Numbered from the stretch's first letter, positions 35,549-44,962 are shown. The stretch: 64,000 bases of DNA from an uncultured Thermoleophilia bacterium (GCA_963756745.1 CAVWOU010000001.1:151531-215530), one strand, 5' to 3'. Made by a program: numbers and translations. The notes: a model not told the origin generated them from the letters alone.

Positions 35549-36036
35549 AAGCCCTCGAGGTCGGGGAGGAAGTCGTGCACGACCGGGTAGCCGGGCGGGA
35601 CGGCCTCGACCTCGAGCAACGTCTTGCACCCGGGGCAGAAGTACTCGCGCAGGTGGTTCCAGTCGGGGTCGCCCGACATCTTCTCCGGGTAGATCTCGTG
35701 CAGCGATTCGTCGTCATCGCGCACGTTGATCAGCGCCTCGAGCTTCCAGTTCTCGCGGTAGTCGCCGAACTCGTGCCCGCAGTCGCACTTGATGACATAC
35801 CTAACACCGGACCCTGCACCACCCGTCGGCGGCTCTTGGCCGCCGGCGGCCACGATGTTTAGATGCTCGCCGAACGGGAGCACGATCGGCTCGTCCCACT
35901 CGACCCGCTCCTGGAGCAACGCGACGTACTGGTCGAACCGGCCGGGGTCCTTGTAGGAGGACTGGATCGCCCGCACCTGGGAGCGCGGAAGGCGCTCCTC
36001 GACGAGGTCGCGAAGCGTCTCGTCGTCGAGCTTCAC
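35512..36036 (-). CDS. acxC: Acetone carboxylase gamma subunit
   Basis: 174 aa. Zn-type Cys pairs IKCDCGHEF and FCPGCKTLLEVE. Follows the alpha subunit with an ATGA-type overlap. Confidence 0.8.
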   Translation of the reverse strand: MKLDDETLRDLVEERLPRSQVRAIQSSYKDPGRFDQYVALLQERVEWDEPIVLPFGEHLNIVAAGGQEPPTGGAGSGVRYVIKCDCGHEFGDYRENWKLEALINVRDDDESLHEIYPEKMSGDPDWNHLREYFCPGCKTLLEVEAVPPGYPVVHDFLPDLEGFYSEWLGRELPR

Positions 36037-38351
36037 TGTTCCGCGTCGCGACCACCCGGCCGCGACGGAGTGAAAGACGACGTCGCGACCGGCCCTGATT
36101 CGTCGGCGAGCAGCGTGCGCGTCAGCTCGACGGTCGGGGTGGCGACGTCGAAGTCGAAGTCCTCCGGCAGGTCCCAGAACTCGCGGAACTCACGCGCCCA
36201 GCTGTCCGACAACCGGATCGACTCCGCGTACATCCTCTGCACCGGCTCGATCATCTCGCCGTCGAGCAGTCGCTGGCGCTCGCCCCGCATCCACTCGCGC
36301 ACAGGGACCGCCTTGCGCCCGCGCTCCTCGCGCATCTCGGCTCGGCGCGTCACGCTGGCGTCGGGGTCGCCGGGGACCACGCCGTACACCGAATCCGCGT
36401 ACCGCGGCAGCAGGTACTCGCCCTCGATGTCGGCCATCACCGACTCGTACGGTCGCTCGAGCGCATCTCCCACGCCGGCGGCGCCGCGGAACATGCACAG
36501 GTAGAGGTCGCCCTGTCGCATCACCTCGGGCAGGGTGGTGGTCTCGAGGTCGAACTGGCGCTCACCCTTGACCATCCGCTCGAGCGCGGAGTCCGCGGGG
36601 TCGGGGTCGTGGGTCGGGAACGGCTCGCGGCGCTCGACGAGGTCGAAGAAGTTGGTGTTGCGCACGTTGTGCCGGTACCCGGTCGCGGCGGGGTACCCGC
36701 CCCACAGCCCCGTCTGGATGAACATCCGCCCGTTGCCGATGTTCTGCATCTCGTAGAACGGCGTCTTCCAAGCGAGCCGCAGCGCCTCGTAGCCCGAGCC
36801 GCCGCGGTGCCGCCCCGGCCCCGCCGTGTTCGGCTTCACGCGCTGGCCGATGTAAAGGAACGGTTCGATCAGCTCCCACATCTCCATGTCGCCCATGTCG
36901 CCCTCGGGATTCCACATCGCCGCGGCGTAGTCGAGCCCGTCGAGGATCATCTTCCCCCCGCCCCCGACGCACGAGAGCCCGAAGTTGGTCGTTGCCGACT
37001 GCTTGCCGTACTGGTCGATGCCGCCGCCCTGGAACGCGTTGCTCGTCAGCCCGTAGGGCGCCAGCACCTCCTCGACGAACCCGCGCGCCTGCAGAGCTCG
37101 CGACACCGACTTGATGAAGCCCATGAACGAAGGAATCAGGAACGCCCACGCGATCCCGGTCGAGGCCTGCGGGTTGGAGTGGTTGGTCCACGTCCCGGGC
37201 GGGAAGTTGGTGTTGAGGCCGAGGTAGGCGCCGTCGTTGACCTTGTCGTTCGGGATCAGCGTCTGGGTGAGCTGGACCCACACCGCTCCCTGCATCGCCG
37301 ACGGCGTGCAGTTCGAGGAGTGGTATCCCCACGACGACGCGCCCTCGTAGTCCATCTCCAGCTTCGCGTCGCGCGTGACGCGGATCTCGACCGGCGCGTG
37401 CATCATCGTGTCGACGCGCGCGTACGAGGGAAGCTGCTCCTCCTTCGCGAACGCGTTCTCGGTGAACGCGGGGGCCCGGTAACGCCCCGGGATCAGCATC
37501 TCTCGGACGCGGCTCTGGAACGAGCGCCGCCCGTCCTCGATCACCTCGCGGATGAACCGCTTGTAGGAGTCGATCCCCTCCTCGAGGATCACCCGCTCGA
37601 CCGACTCGCGGGCCATGTGGCAACCGGCGATGCGCGTCTTCTCGTCGAGCGTCCAGTACATCGGCGTCCGGGTCCCCTTCAGCCCGGCGAGGACGTGGTC
37701 GCGCCACAGCTCGTCGTTCGAGCCGATCTTCTTCGCCGGCAGGTCGATGCCGTCCTCGTAGCGGGCGATCGGCCCGACCGGCACCGAGCCCGGCGTCTTC
37801 GCGCCGATGTCGATCTCGTGCGTCACCCCCGCTGCCCATCCGACCAGCTCGTCCTCCCAGAAGATCGGCACGATCGTCTGCACGTCCGCGTTGTGGACGT
37901 CGCCGATCATCGCGTCGTTGTTCGTGAAGATGTCGCCCGGGGCGATCCCCGGGTTGTCCTCGTAGCCCTGGCGGATCATGTACTTGATCGCGTCGGACAT
38001 CGTGTGGACGTGGACGATGATCCCGGTCGAGAGCGCGACCGAGTCGCCCTCCGGCGTGTAGAGCGCGAAGCTGAGCTCGCCGATCTCCTTCACGATCGGC
38101 GAGGCGGAGATGTTGAGCGCCGTCTCGCGCGCGCTGACGAGGCCGCCGCGCAGGCGTGAGAACAGCTTCTCGAACCGGATCGGGTCGCTTTCCTTCAGCT
38201 CGAGCGCGTCGATCCCCCAGTAACGCCCCGTCTCGGCGAACTGCCGCTCGGACTCGAGCAGCATCTCGCGCGCGGTGCGCCCCTCCCAGCCAATCGCCGA
38301 CGCCTGCTCCGCCAGTGGCTCGAGCTCCCGTGTCCGGTCGACGATCGCCAT
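36033..38351 (-). CDS. acxB: Acetone carboxylase alpha subunit (hydantoinase B/oxoprolinase family)
   Basis: 772 aa from MAIVDRTRELEP. NISASPIVKEIGELSFALYTPEGD, GDIFTNNDAMIGDVHNADV. Confidence 0.85.
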   Translation of the reverse strand: MAIVDRTRELEPLAEQASAIGWEGRTAREMLLESERQFAETGRYWGIDALELKESDPIRFEKLFSRLRGGLVSARETALNISASPIVKEIGELSFALYTPEGDSVALSTGIIVHVHTMSDAIKYMIRQGYEDNPGIAPGDIFTNNDAMIGDVHNADVQTIVPIFWEDELVGWAAGVTHEIDIGAKTPGSVPVGPIARYEDGIDLPAKKIGSNDELWRDHVLAGLKGTRTPMYWTLDEKTRIAGCHMARESVERVILEEGIDSYKRFIREVIEDGRRSFQSRVREMLIPGRYRAPAFTENAFAKEEQLPSYARVDTMMHAPVEIRVTRDAKLEMDYEGASSWGYHSSNCTPSAMQGAVWVQLTQTLIPNDKVNDGAYLGLNTNFPPGTWTNHSNPQASTGIAWAFLIPSFMGFIKSVSRALQARGFVEEVLAPYGLTSNAFQGGGIDQYGKQSATTNFGLSCVGGGGKMILDGLDYAAAMWNPEGDMGDMEMWELIEPFLYIGQRVKPNTAGPGRHRGGSGYEALRLAWKTPFYEMQNIGNGRMFIQTGLWGGYPAATGYRHNVRNTNFFDLVERREPFPTHDPDPADSALERMVKGERQFDLETTTLPEVMRQGDLYLCMFRGAAGVGDALERPYESVMADIEGEYLLPRYADSVYGVVPGDPDASVTRRAEMREERGRKAVPVREWMRGERQRLLDGEMIEPVQRMYAESIRLSDSWAREFREFWDLPEDFDFDVATPTVELTRTLLADESGPVATSSFTPSRPGGRDAEQ

Positions 38352-38352
38352 C

Positions 38353-40512
38353 TCAGCTCCTCTCGCTCTCCCGGGTCTCCAGGTGGAAGATCCGGTTGCC
38401 ATCCAGTCGCGCGGCGCGGCCCGGCGGGACCGCGAACGTGTCGGCTGGCGATTCGATGATCGCAGGCCCCTCGACCACGTGCCCGGCCCGCACATCGCCC
38501 TGCTCAAAGATCGGCGTCTCGGTCCAGCCTCCGTCCCACCACACATTCCTTCGCCCCTTCGGCTCCGGCGCCCCCGAGACCGGCTCCTCGTCCGGCAGTG
38601 CCGGCTTCTCGACGTCGACTGCGCCGGTGACGATCACGTTCGTCACCAGGTATCCGAGCTCGGGGGAGCGCGCCGCGCGCGCGTAGAGCTTCCCGTAGGC
38701 GTCCTCGAACGCCGCGATCAGGTCGTCCACCTGCGCCGCCTCGCTCAGCTCCTCGTGTGGCGAGAGGATCTCGAGGTCGTTGAGCTGGCCCATGTACTGC
38801 ATGCGCACGTATCGGCGCAGCTCGATCCGGTCCTCGGGGACGCCCGACTTCGCGAACTCCTCGACGACCTTCTCGCGCAGCATCTCCCATCCGCCCGCGA
38901 TGTAGATCCCGAGCCCCGCCTTGACGTCATCGTCGGCGCCCGGCTCGACCGGCATGTCGATCGTGAGGTCGTAGCGGTACGCGAAGTCTCCGCACGCACA
39001 GCCGAAGGCGGAGAACCCCGCCGCCCATGCCGGGACGAGGACCTCGCGATAGGGAACGTCGCGCGTGTAGCCGGCGGCGTGCAGCGGGCCGCCGCCCCCG
39101 TAACACAGGAGCGTGTAGTCGACCGGCGAGTAGCCCTTGCCGAGCACCTGCGCGACCGCCTCGTACTTGAGCGTCTCGTCGAACAGCTCCACGACCCCGG
39201 CCGCGGCCTCCTCGACGGAGAGCCCGAGCGGCTGGGCGATCTGCTCGCCCACCGCGGCGCGCGCCCGCTCGGGGTCGAGTTTCACCTCGCCGCCGAGGAA
39301 GTAGTCGGGGTTGATCCGTCCGAGGACGAGGTTGAGGTCGGTCACCGAGGGTGTCTCGAGCCCCGACTCCGGCCACGACACGCCGATCGCGGCGCCGGCC
39401 GAGTCCGGCCCCAGGTCGGGTCGCCCCGAGTTGGGGTCGATGCGCACGAATGAGCCGGTCCCGGCGCCGATCGAGTCGACCTGGACGAGCGGGATGTTGA
39501 GCAGGAATCGCCCCACGTCAGAAATCTGGCGGATCGCGAACTCGCCGTCGGTGATCAGCGCGATGTCGAAGCTCGTCCCGCCGATGTCGGTGCAGACGAT
39601 GTTCTGGGAGCTCCCGGAGTCGATCCGGTCGGCGAGGTAGCGCGCGCCGATCACACCGCCGATCGGCCCCGAGATCAGCGTGCGCGCGAGCTCCTTGGCG
39701 TCGATCGAGATCGTCCCGCCGTGGGCGGCCATTATCCGCAGGTCGAACTTCGCTCCGGACTCGCGGGTCGCGTCGCGCACCTTGCGGAGCTGCTCGCGCG
39801 AGGGCGCGGCCGCGTAGGCCTCGACCAGGGTCGAGTTGAGACGCGGGAAGTCGCGCCGCATCGGGTACAGGTCGGACGACAGGAACACCGGGAGCTCGGG
39901 CGCCAGCTCGCCCGCGATCTCGCGGATCCGATCCTCGTGCTGGGAGTTTCGGTAGCTGTACAGGAGGTTGACGACGATCGCCTCCACACCGGCCCCGGCG
40001 AGCTCGGTGACCGCGGCGCGCGCCTCGTCGTCGTAGAGCGGGATCGCCTCCTCGCCGAACATGTCGACCCGACCCCGCACCCCGCGGATCAGCTCGCGCG
40101 GGACGAGCGGCTCGTTGTGGAAATGGGTCGCGACGTGGAGCCGGTCCGAATACGGGTAGCCCAGGTAGGTCTGGATCCCGCGCTCGAGGCGCAGCATGTC
40201 CTCCATGCCCGCGGTCACGATCAGACCCACGCGGCGGCCCTTGCGCTCGAGCAAGCGGTTGAGCATCGCCGTGCCCGAGTAGATCCCCGAGACGACCTCG
40301 GGCAGGGCGCCCGTGGGTTCCAGCCCCCAGTGGGCGAGCGCGTCGCGGGTCGAGCTCATGAATCCGACCGACTCGTCCTCCGGCGTCGTCTGCGCCTTGC
40401 CGACGACGAACTCGCCCGAGCGGTCGACGATGAACGTGTCGGTCATCGTCCCGCCGGCGTCGATCGCGAGCACCCGCGGTTGGCGGGAATCCGGGCCTCG
40501 TTCACGCGACAC
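38353..40512 (-). CDS. acxA: Acetone carboxylase beta subunit (hydantoinase A family)
   Basis: 719 aa. VLAIDAGGTMTDTF, VCTDIGGTSFDIALI. Confidence 0.85.
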   Translation of the reverse strand: MSRERGPDSRQPRVLAIDAGGTMTDTFIVDRSGEFVVGKAQTTPEDESVGFMSSTRDALAHWGLEPTGALPEVVSGIYSGTAMLNRLLERKGRRVGLIVTAGMEDMLRLERGIQTYLGYPYSDRLHVATHFHNEPLVPRELIRGVRGRVDMFGEEAIPLYDDEARAAVTELAGAGVEAIVVNLLYSYRNSQHEDRIREIAGELAPELPVFLSSDLYPMRRDFPRLNSTLVEAYAAAPSREQLRKVRDATRESGAKFDLRIMAAHGGTISIDAKELARTLISGPIGGVIGARYLADRIDSGSSQNIVCTDIGGTSFDIALITDGEFAIRQISDVGRFLLNIPLVQVDSIGAGTGSFVRIDPNSGRPDLGPDSAGAAIGVSWPESGLETPSVTDLNLVLGRINPDYFLGGEVKLDPERARAAVGEQIAQPLGLSVEEAAAGVVELFDETLKYEAVAQVLGKGYSPVDYTLLCYGGGGPLHAAGYTRDVPYREVLVPAWAAGFSAFGCACGDFAYRYDLTIDMPVEPGADDDVKAGLGIYIAGGWEMLREKVVEEFAKSGVPEDRIELRRYVRMQYMGQLNDLEILSPHEELSEAAQVDDLIAAFEDAYGKLYARAARSPELGYLVTNVIVTGAVDVEKPALPDEEPVSGAPEPKGRRNVWWDGGWTETPIFEQGDVRAGHVVEGPAIIESPADTFAVPPGRAARLDGNRIFHLETRESERS

Positions 40513-40550
40513 GGCCGGATTTTGACACTGTGTCTGACTTCGTGTCTAGC

Positions 40551-40577
40551 GATCAGAAACCCCCGCTCTCGCGGGGG
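40551..40577 (-). terminator. Intrinsic-terminator-like hairpin after the small ORF
   Basis: Minus strand CCCCCGC-GAGA-GCGGGGG followed by UUUCUGAUC. Confidence 0.5.
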
Positions 40578-40620
40578 CTCCCGATCCTTCGAGACTTCCC
40601 GAACGGGCTCGGAGTCGACC

Positions 40621-40770
40621 TCAGCCCTGGACCACGCTCACCCCGATCACGAACGTCAGCACCAGCATCGCTACCGCGATTCCCACCAGGCTCCCCGCCG
40701 CATAAGCGAGCGCCTCACGTTCCCCGCCGGGTTCCCCCTTGACCAACCAGGTAACTAGACGTGTCGTCAC
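40621..40770 (-). CDS. Candidate 49-aa single-pass membrane protein, loosely Flp-pilin-like
   Basis: Below the ORF-track cutoff. AAGAGAGG RBS, then GTG: VTTRLVTWLVKGEPGGEREALAYAAGSLVGIAVAMLVLTFVIGVSVVQG. Has its own terminator. Confidence 0.35.
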   Translation of the reverse strand: MTTRLVTWLVKGEPGGEREALAYAAGSLVGIAVAMLVLTFVIGVSVVQG

Positions 40771-40912
40771 AGGCACCTCTCTTTCTCGTGCCTACGGGGT
40801 TAGCTGTCGGGCTCGCGCGAAAGAGCTGCGCTACCGGATTCTCCTATCGGATTCGCCCCAGGGCCGTCAAGCCCTTGCTCACCGGCAAGTTCGCCTCTTG
40901 CCGACGACCACC

Positions 40913-40936
40913 GGCAAATTCGCTCGCGAATTTGCC
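40913..40936. promoter_or_regulatory. 24-nt near-perfect palindrome in a 270-nt noncoding stretch
   Basis: GGCAAATTCGC-TC-GCGAATTTGCC, preceded by a half-site-like direct repeat CACCGGCAAGTTCGC. Confidence 0.4.
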
Positions 40937-41058
40937 GCGTGATCCTGGGTCCCCCGCTCCCCGGCTCAGACGGCCGGGGACTCGGCAGGTTGCATCGCGG
41001 GAACCTTATAGCGTCGTGCGGCGAGATTGCAAGCAAGCGCTAATGACCCGCCGCGGGG

Positions 41059-41349
41059 TCACCCACGCGCGTGGTCGATCGGAAACCACGCCACGCTCAT
41101 GTCCACGCGGTCGCCGCGGAACGGGATTCCCTCGGCGACCAGCAGCTTGCGCTGACGCTCGCCTTGGGTGAGCGAGCCGTCGGCGCGCACGACCCGGTGC
41201 CACGGGACGTCCGGGTCGTGGCCAGACGCCATCACAGCGCCGGCGAAGCGCGGCGCCTCCGGACACAGGTCGCCGTAGGTGGTGACGAAGCCTTCGGGAA
41301 CCGAGCGCGCACGGTTCAGGACTTCGCGCGCGCGATCGGAGTCGAGCAT
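41059..41349 (-). CDS. Alkyltransferase-like (ATL) protein, MGMT DNA-binding domain without the acceptor cysteine
   Basis: VPWHRVV replaces the PCHRV active site. About 96 aa from MLDSDRAREV. An alternative upstream start exists at 41412. Confidence 0.75.
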   Translation of the reverse strand: MLDSDRAREVLNRARSVPEGFVTTYGDLCPEAPRFAGAVMASGHDPDVPWHRVVRADGSLTQGERQRKLLVAEGIPFRGDRVDMSVAWFPIDHARG

Positions 41350-41470
41350 CCTCCCAGTATCGCGCCGGGGTCGCGATTGCTCGCTACCCAGCGACGACCC
41401 CGACCACCCCACCGTTCCCCCGTCAGCACCTCCGCCTCCATGGGTCCGGCACTGACCCTAGGCTCTCACC

Positions 41471-41989
41471 GTGGCCGCGTTCGCGATCCGGGTGCCGTCG
41501 GTCGACGACCTTCTTGACCCCTACAGCACCGAGCCGCTCGAGCGCTGTCCGCTGCGGGATGAGATCCGCGAGCGGATCCTGCTCGCGTGGATAGACACGC
41601 GCGACGAGCGCCCGAGCCACCTCTCTGTGGAGATGCCGGCGCAGGAGAGGGAGCGTGCGCCCGCCGAGAGGCTTCAGCAGGCGATCCGAAACGATTTCGT
41701 CGAGACCTTTCGCTCGAGCACCCGGTTCCACGTCTTCACCCGCGGCGAGCGCCGCGAGGCCGAGGTCGCGTTCGTGTTCCTGATCCTGTGCCTGCTCGGG
41801 TCGAGCCTGATCGACAGCGTGACGCGGAACGACGCCCTGTTCTCCGGCATCTCGCAGGGGCTGCTCGTGCTCGGCTGGGTTGCGATGTGGCAGCCGGCGC
41901 AACAGGTGTTCCAGGCCATATCGCAGTGGTTGAGCCGTGGCCGCTACCGCGAGCTGTCGCAGGTCCCGATCGAGATCGAGTGGGTGTGA
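41471..41989 (+). CDS. Hypothetical membrane protein
   Basis: 172 aa with two hydrophobic helices (VAFVFLILCLLGSSLI, LLVLGWVAMW). No recognised motif. Confidence 0.5.
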   Translation: MAAFAIRVPSVDDLLDPYSTEPLERCPLRDEIRERILLAWIDTRDERPSHLSVEMPAQERERAPAERLQQAIRNDFVETFRSSTRFHVFTRGERREAEVAFVFLILCLLGSSLIDSVTRNDALFSGISQGLLVLGWVAMWQPAQQVFQAISQWLSRGRYRELSQVPIEIEWV

Positions 41990-42091
41990 GCGCGGGAATC
42001 GGGACCGTGCTCCGCGCCGCTGCGCGCTCGGGTCGAGCCATCGCTATCGCCCTGGGCGACGGGCGAGTTCGACATGTAGCCTGGACGCCAC

Positions 42092-42535
42092 ATGGCAGGC
42101 CGATTCGAAGCCACGACCGTGATCGACCGCCCGATCGAGGAGGTGTTCGCCTTCCTCGCGGACGGGGAGAACGACCCCAAGTTCAGCCCCAGGGTGCAGC
42201 AGATCGAGAAGCGGACCGACGGCCCGCCCGGGGTGGGGACGGTCTACGCGAGCACGGTCAAGGACGCCGGGATGACGACCAAGCGCGAGTTCGAGATCAC
42301 GGAGTTCGAGCAGCCGACCCGGATCCGGTGGAAGGAAGCGTCGAGGAACCTCGTCGTCGCCAGCGAGGGCGGCTACGACCTCGCCCCAGCGGACGGGGGA
42401 ACCCGCGTGACGATCTTCAACGTGCTCGAGGGACGCGGCCTCGGAAAGCTGATCACCCCGCTGGCGCTGAGCGGCGCCCGCAGGGACGCCGACGCGTTTG
42501 CGAACCGGATCAAGACGGCTGTCGAGGCGTCGTGA
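42092..42535 (+). CDS. SRPBCC-superfamily (polyketide cyclase/dehydrase-like) protein
   Basis: MAGRFEATTVIDRPIEEVFAFLADGENDPKFSP. 147 aa. Confidence 0.8.
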   Translation: MAGRFEATTVIDRPIEEVFAFLADGENDPKFSPRVQQIEKRTDGPPGVGTVYASTVKDAGMTTKREFEITEFEQPTRIRWKEASRNLVVASEGGYDLAPADGGTRVTIFNVLEGRGLGKLITPLALSGARRDADAFANRIKTAVEAS

Positions 42536-43553
42536 GCCCGGCCGGCGCGCCTCCGCCGTAGTCGACCTCTCCCTTCAACCCGCGCGGAATCGTCGCCCGC
42601 AGCGCCGTCCCCCGGCCCGGCGGCGAGGTGATCTCGAGCCGCCCACCGAGCGCGGAGACGCGATCTGCGAGACCGCGCAGGCCCAAGCCGCGCGCCGGGT
42701 CGGCGCCTCCGATGCCATCGTCCTCGACCTCGACGGTGACCCGGCCGCCCTCCTCCGCGATGCTGACCGTCACGCGGCTCGCGTCCGCGTGCTTGGCCGC
42801 GTTCGTGAGCGCCTCCGAGACGAAGAAGTACGCAGCCGACTCGATCCTCTCAGGTAGCCGAGCGGCGGGCACGCCGTAGATCTTCACCTCGAACGGCGCC
42901 CGAGCCGCGAGCGCGGAGAGCGCCGGCCCCAATCCGCGATCGCTCAGGATCGCCGGGTGGATTCCGTGCGCCAGCTCGCGCAGCTCGCCGAGCGCGATGT
43001 CGAGCTCGCCCGCGGCGGAGTCGAGCATCTCCCCGGCCGCCCGCGGGTCGGAGTCGAGGCTCGAGCGGGCCAGCCGGAGCTCGAGCGCTAGCGACACGAG
43101 GCGTTGCTGCGCTCCGTCGTGGAGGTTGCGCTCGATCCGCCGCCGCTCGTCGTAGGCGGCCTCGACGATGCGCTCGCGCGACGCGCGCAGCTCCTCGAGG
43201 TTGGCCCGCAGCTCGGCGTCCAGCTGGTGCTTCTCGATTGCCAGGGCTGAGGCGGAGGCAACCGCGTCGATGAGTTGCTGATCGTTCATCAGCAACTCGT
43301 CGTAGACGATCACCGCGACCGGCTGCGCCTCGCCCTCGAGCTCCACGAACACGCTGCCGCGGTCCTCGCCGGGTCCCGGCAGCTCGACCTCCAGGCCTTC
43401 GGCGTTCGTGTATCTGCCGGTCTCCTGCTGGCGGAAGCCGAGATCGAGTGATGGATCGCCGAGCGTACGGCGCAGCGCGTCCCGCGCCTCATCGCATCCG
43501 CGGGCCTCGGTGAGGCGGGCGACGAGCTCGCCGACTTGCCCGCGGCCCGTCAT
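42510..43553 (-). CDS. Cytoplasmic HisKA_3-type sensor histidine kinase, no partner regulator adjacent
   Basis: ERRRIERNLHDGAQQRL (H-box), EALTNAAKHA, DDGIGGA, GLRGLADRVSALGG. Confidence 0.8.
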   Translation of the reverse strand: MTGRGQVGELVARLTEARGCDEARDALRRTLGDPSLDLGFRQQETGRYTNAEGLEVELPGPGEDRGSVFVELEGEAQPVAVIVYDELLMNDQQLIDAVASASALAIEKHQLDAELRANLEELRASRERIVEAAYDERRRIERNLHDGAQQRLVSLALELRLARSSLDSDPRAAGEMLDSAAGELDIALGELRELAHGIHPAILSDRGLGPALSALAARAPFEVKIYGVPAARLPERIESAAYFFVSEALTNAAKHADASRVTVSIAEEGGRVTVEVEDDGIGGADPARGLGLRGLADRVSALGGRLEITSPPGRGTALRATIPRGLKGEVDYGGGAPAGLTTPRQPS

Positions 43554-43559
43554 CGCACC

Positions 43560-44333
43560 TCAGTCGTCGACCTCGCCCTCGAAGACGCCGAAGGGGGCGC
43601 CCTGAGGGTCGGCGAAGATCGCGATCTTGCCCTGGGGCATGTCCGTCCGGTAGAGCTCGCTCGCGCCGAGCCGCTTTGCCGCCTCCGCCGCCGCGTCACG
43701 GCTCTCGACGGTGAAGTAGGGAAGCCAGTTCGGCGGCTCGCCCTCCTGGGCGTCCATCACGCCGCCGTTCGCCCGATCGCCGACCTTGACGATCGTGTAC
43801 GAGGGACCGCCTTCGGGGGTCTCCATCTCCTCCGTGCTCCAGCCGAACAGCGCGGTATAGAACTCGAGCGCCTTGGCGGGGTCGGGCGTGTGGAGGTCGT
43901 TCCAGGTGAGTGAGCCCGGATCGTTGACGCGGCCGGCGCCGATCATGTCGCGGGGCTCCCACACGCACAGCGTCGCGCCGGTCGGGTCCTGGATCATCGC
44001 CATGCGGCCAGCTTCCAAGACGTCGAACGGCTGCTCGATCACGTTCGCGCCCAGCTCGCCCGCCTTCGCCGACGCGTCGTCGGCGCTCGTGACGGTGACG
44101 TAGCTGTTCCAGTGCGGGGGTAACTCCTCGGTGTCCTGGCCGATCGCCGCCACGTACTCCCCGCCCAGCTTGAACATCGTGTACGTGCCCCCACCGGCCT
44201 CCTCGGGGATCTCGTTGTCCTCGGGCTCCCACCCGAACATGCCGCCGTAGAACTCCTTCGCGCCCGCTGAGTCGCTCGTCGTCAGATCGACCCAACTGAA
44301 AGTTGTCGGTGCGTGCTCGGTCCTGGTTCCCAT
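43560..44333 (-). CDS. Two-domain VOC (glyoxalase/bleomycin-resistance fold) protein
   Basis: Repeated modules FSWVDLTTSDSAGAKEFYGGMFGW and LTWNDLHTPDPAKALEFYTALFGW. Start MGTRTEH. Confidence 0.85.
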   Translation of the reverse strand: MGTRTEHAPTTFSWVDLTTSDSAGAKEFYGGMFGWEPEDNEIPEEAGGGTYTMFKLGGEYVAAIGQDTEELPPHWNSYVTVTSADDASAKAGELGANVIEQPFDVLEAGRMAMIQDPTGATLCVWEPRDMIGAGRVNDPGSLTWNDLHTPDPAKALEFYTALFGWSTEEMETPEGGPSYTIVKVGDRANGGVMDAQEGEPPNWLPYFTVESRDAAAEAAKRLGASELYRTDMPQGKIAIFADPQGAPFGVFEGEVDD

Positions 44334-44410
44334 CGCTTCTCCTTTCGCTCGCTGTTCGCGCCCCAACGACAGTAAATCGCAGCGAGCGTCCGGGGGGTAC
44401 GATCGCCAGG

Positions 44411-44962
44411 GTGCCCAACCGGCTGTACTTCACGGACTCCGACGAGGCGAACGCGATGATCGCCTCGGACCCGATGGCGCTGCTGGTTGGCTTCGTGCTC
44501 GACCAGCAGGTCACCGTCCAGAAGGCGTTCGGCGGGCCGTTGGCGATCCGGGAGCGCCTCGGAGCGTTCGACGTCGACACGCTGGCGACCGCCGACCTCG
44601 AGCCCGTGTTCCGCGCGAGACCGGCGATCCACCGCTACCCAGGATCGATGGCGCAGCGGGTGCACGACCTCGCGGTGCACGTGCGCGACCGGTACGACGG
44701 CGACGCCGCCCGCGTGTGGACGGATGCCGCGGACTCGGATGAGCTGCGCGCGAACCTGGCCGCGCTGCCCGGCTTCGGCGAGATGAAGGTCAAGTCGCTG
44801 GGCGCCGTACTCGCGAAGCGGTTCGGCGTGGACGCAGCCCGCGACCTGATGCCACCTCATCCCACGCTGGGCGACGTCGATTCCGCTCAGGCGCTCACCG
44901 ACTACCAGGACGCCAAGCGCGTCCACAAGGCGGAGTGGGCCGCGGCGAGGACGGGCTCCTAG
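44411..44962 (+). CDS. HhH-GPD-type base-excision DNA repair protein
   Basis: LPGFGEMKVKSLGAVLAKRFG helix-hairpin-helix. Start GTG 44411 (VPNRLYFTD). Confidence 0.75.
   Translation: MPNRLYFTDSDEANAMIASDPMALLVGFVLDQQVTVQKAFGGPLAIRERLGAFDVDTLATADLEPVFRARPAIHRYPGSMAQRVHDLAVHVRDRYDGDAARVWTDAADSDELRANLAALPGFGEMKVKSLGAVLAKRFGVDAARDLMPPHPTLGDVDSAQALTDYQDAKRVHKAEWAAARTGS

Noticed and set aside
40513-41058. Sigma-54 (-24 GG / -12 GC) promoter and enhancer sites for the acetone carboxylase operon
   Set aside because: I searched both the short acxA-proximal spacer and the repeat-rich stretch. GGCACG occurs once, but without a TTGC/TGC element at the required spacing.
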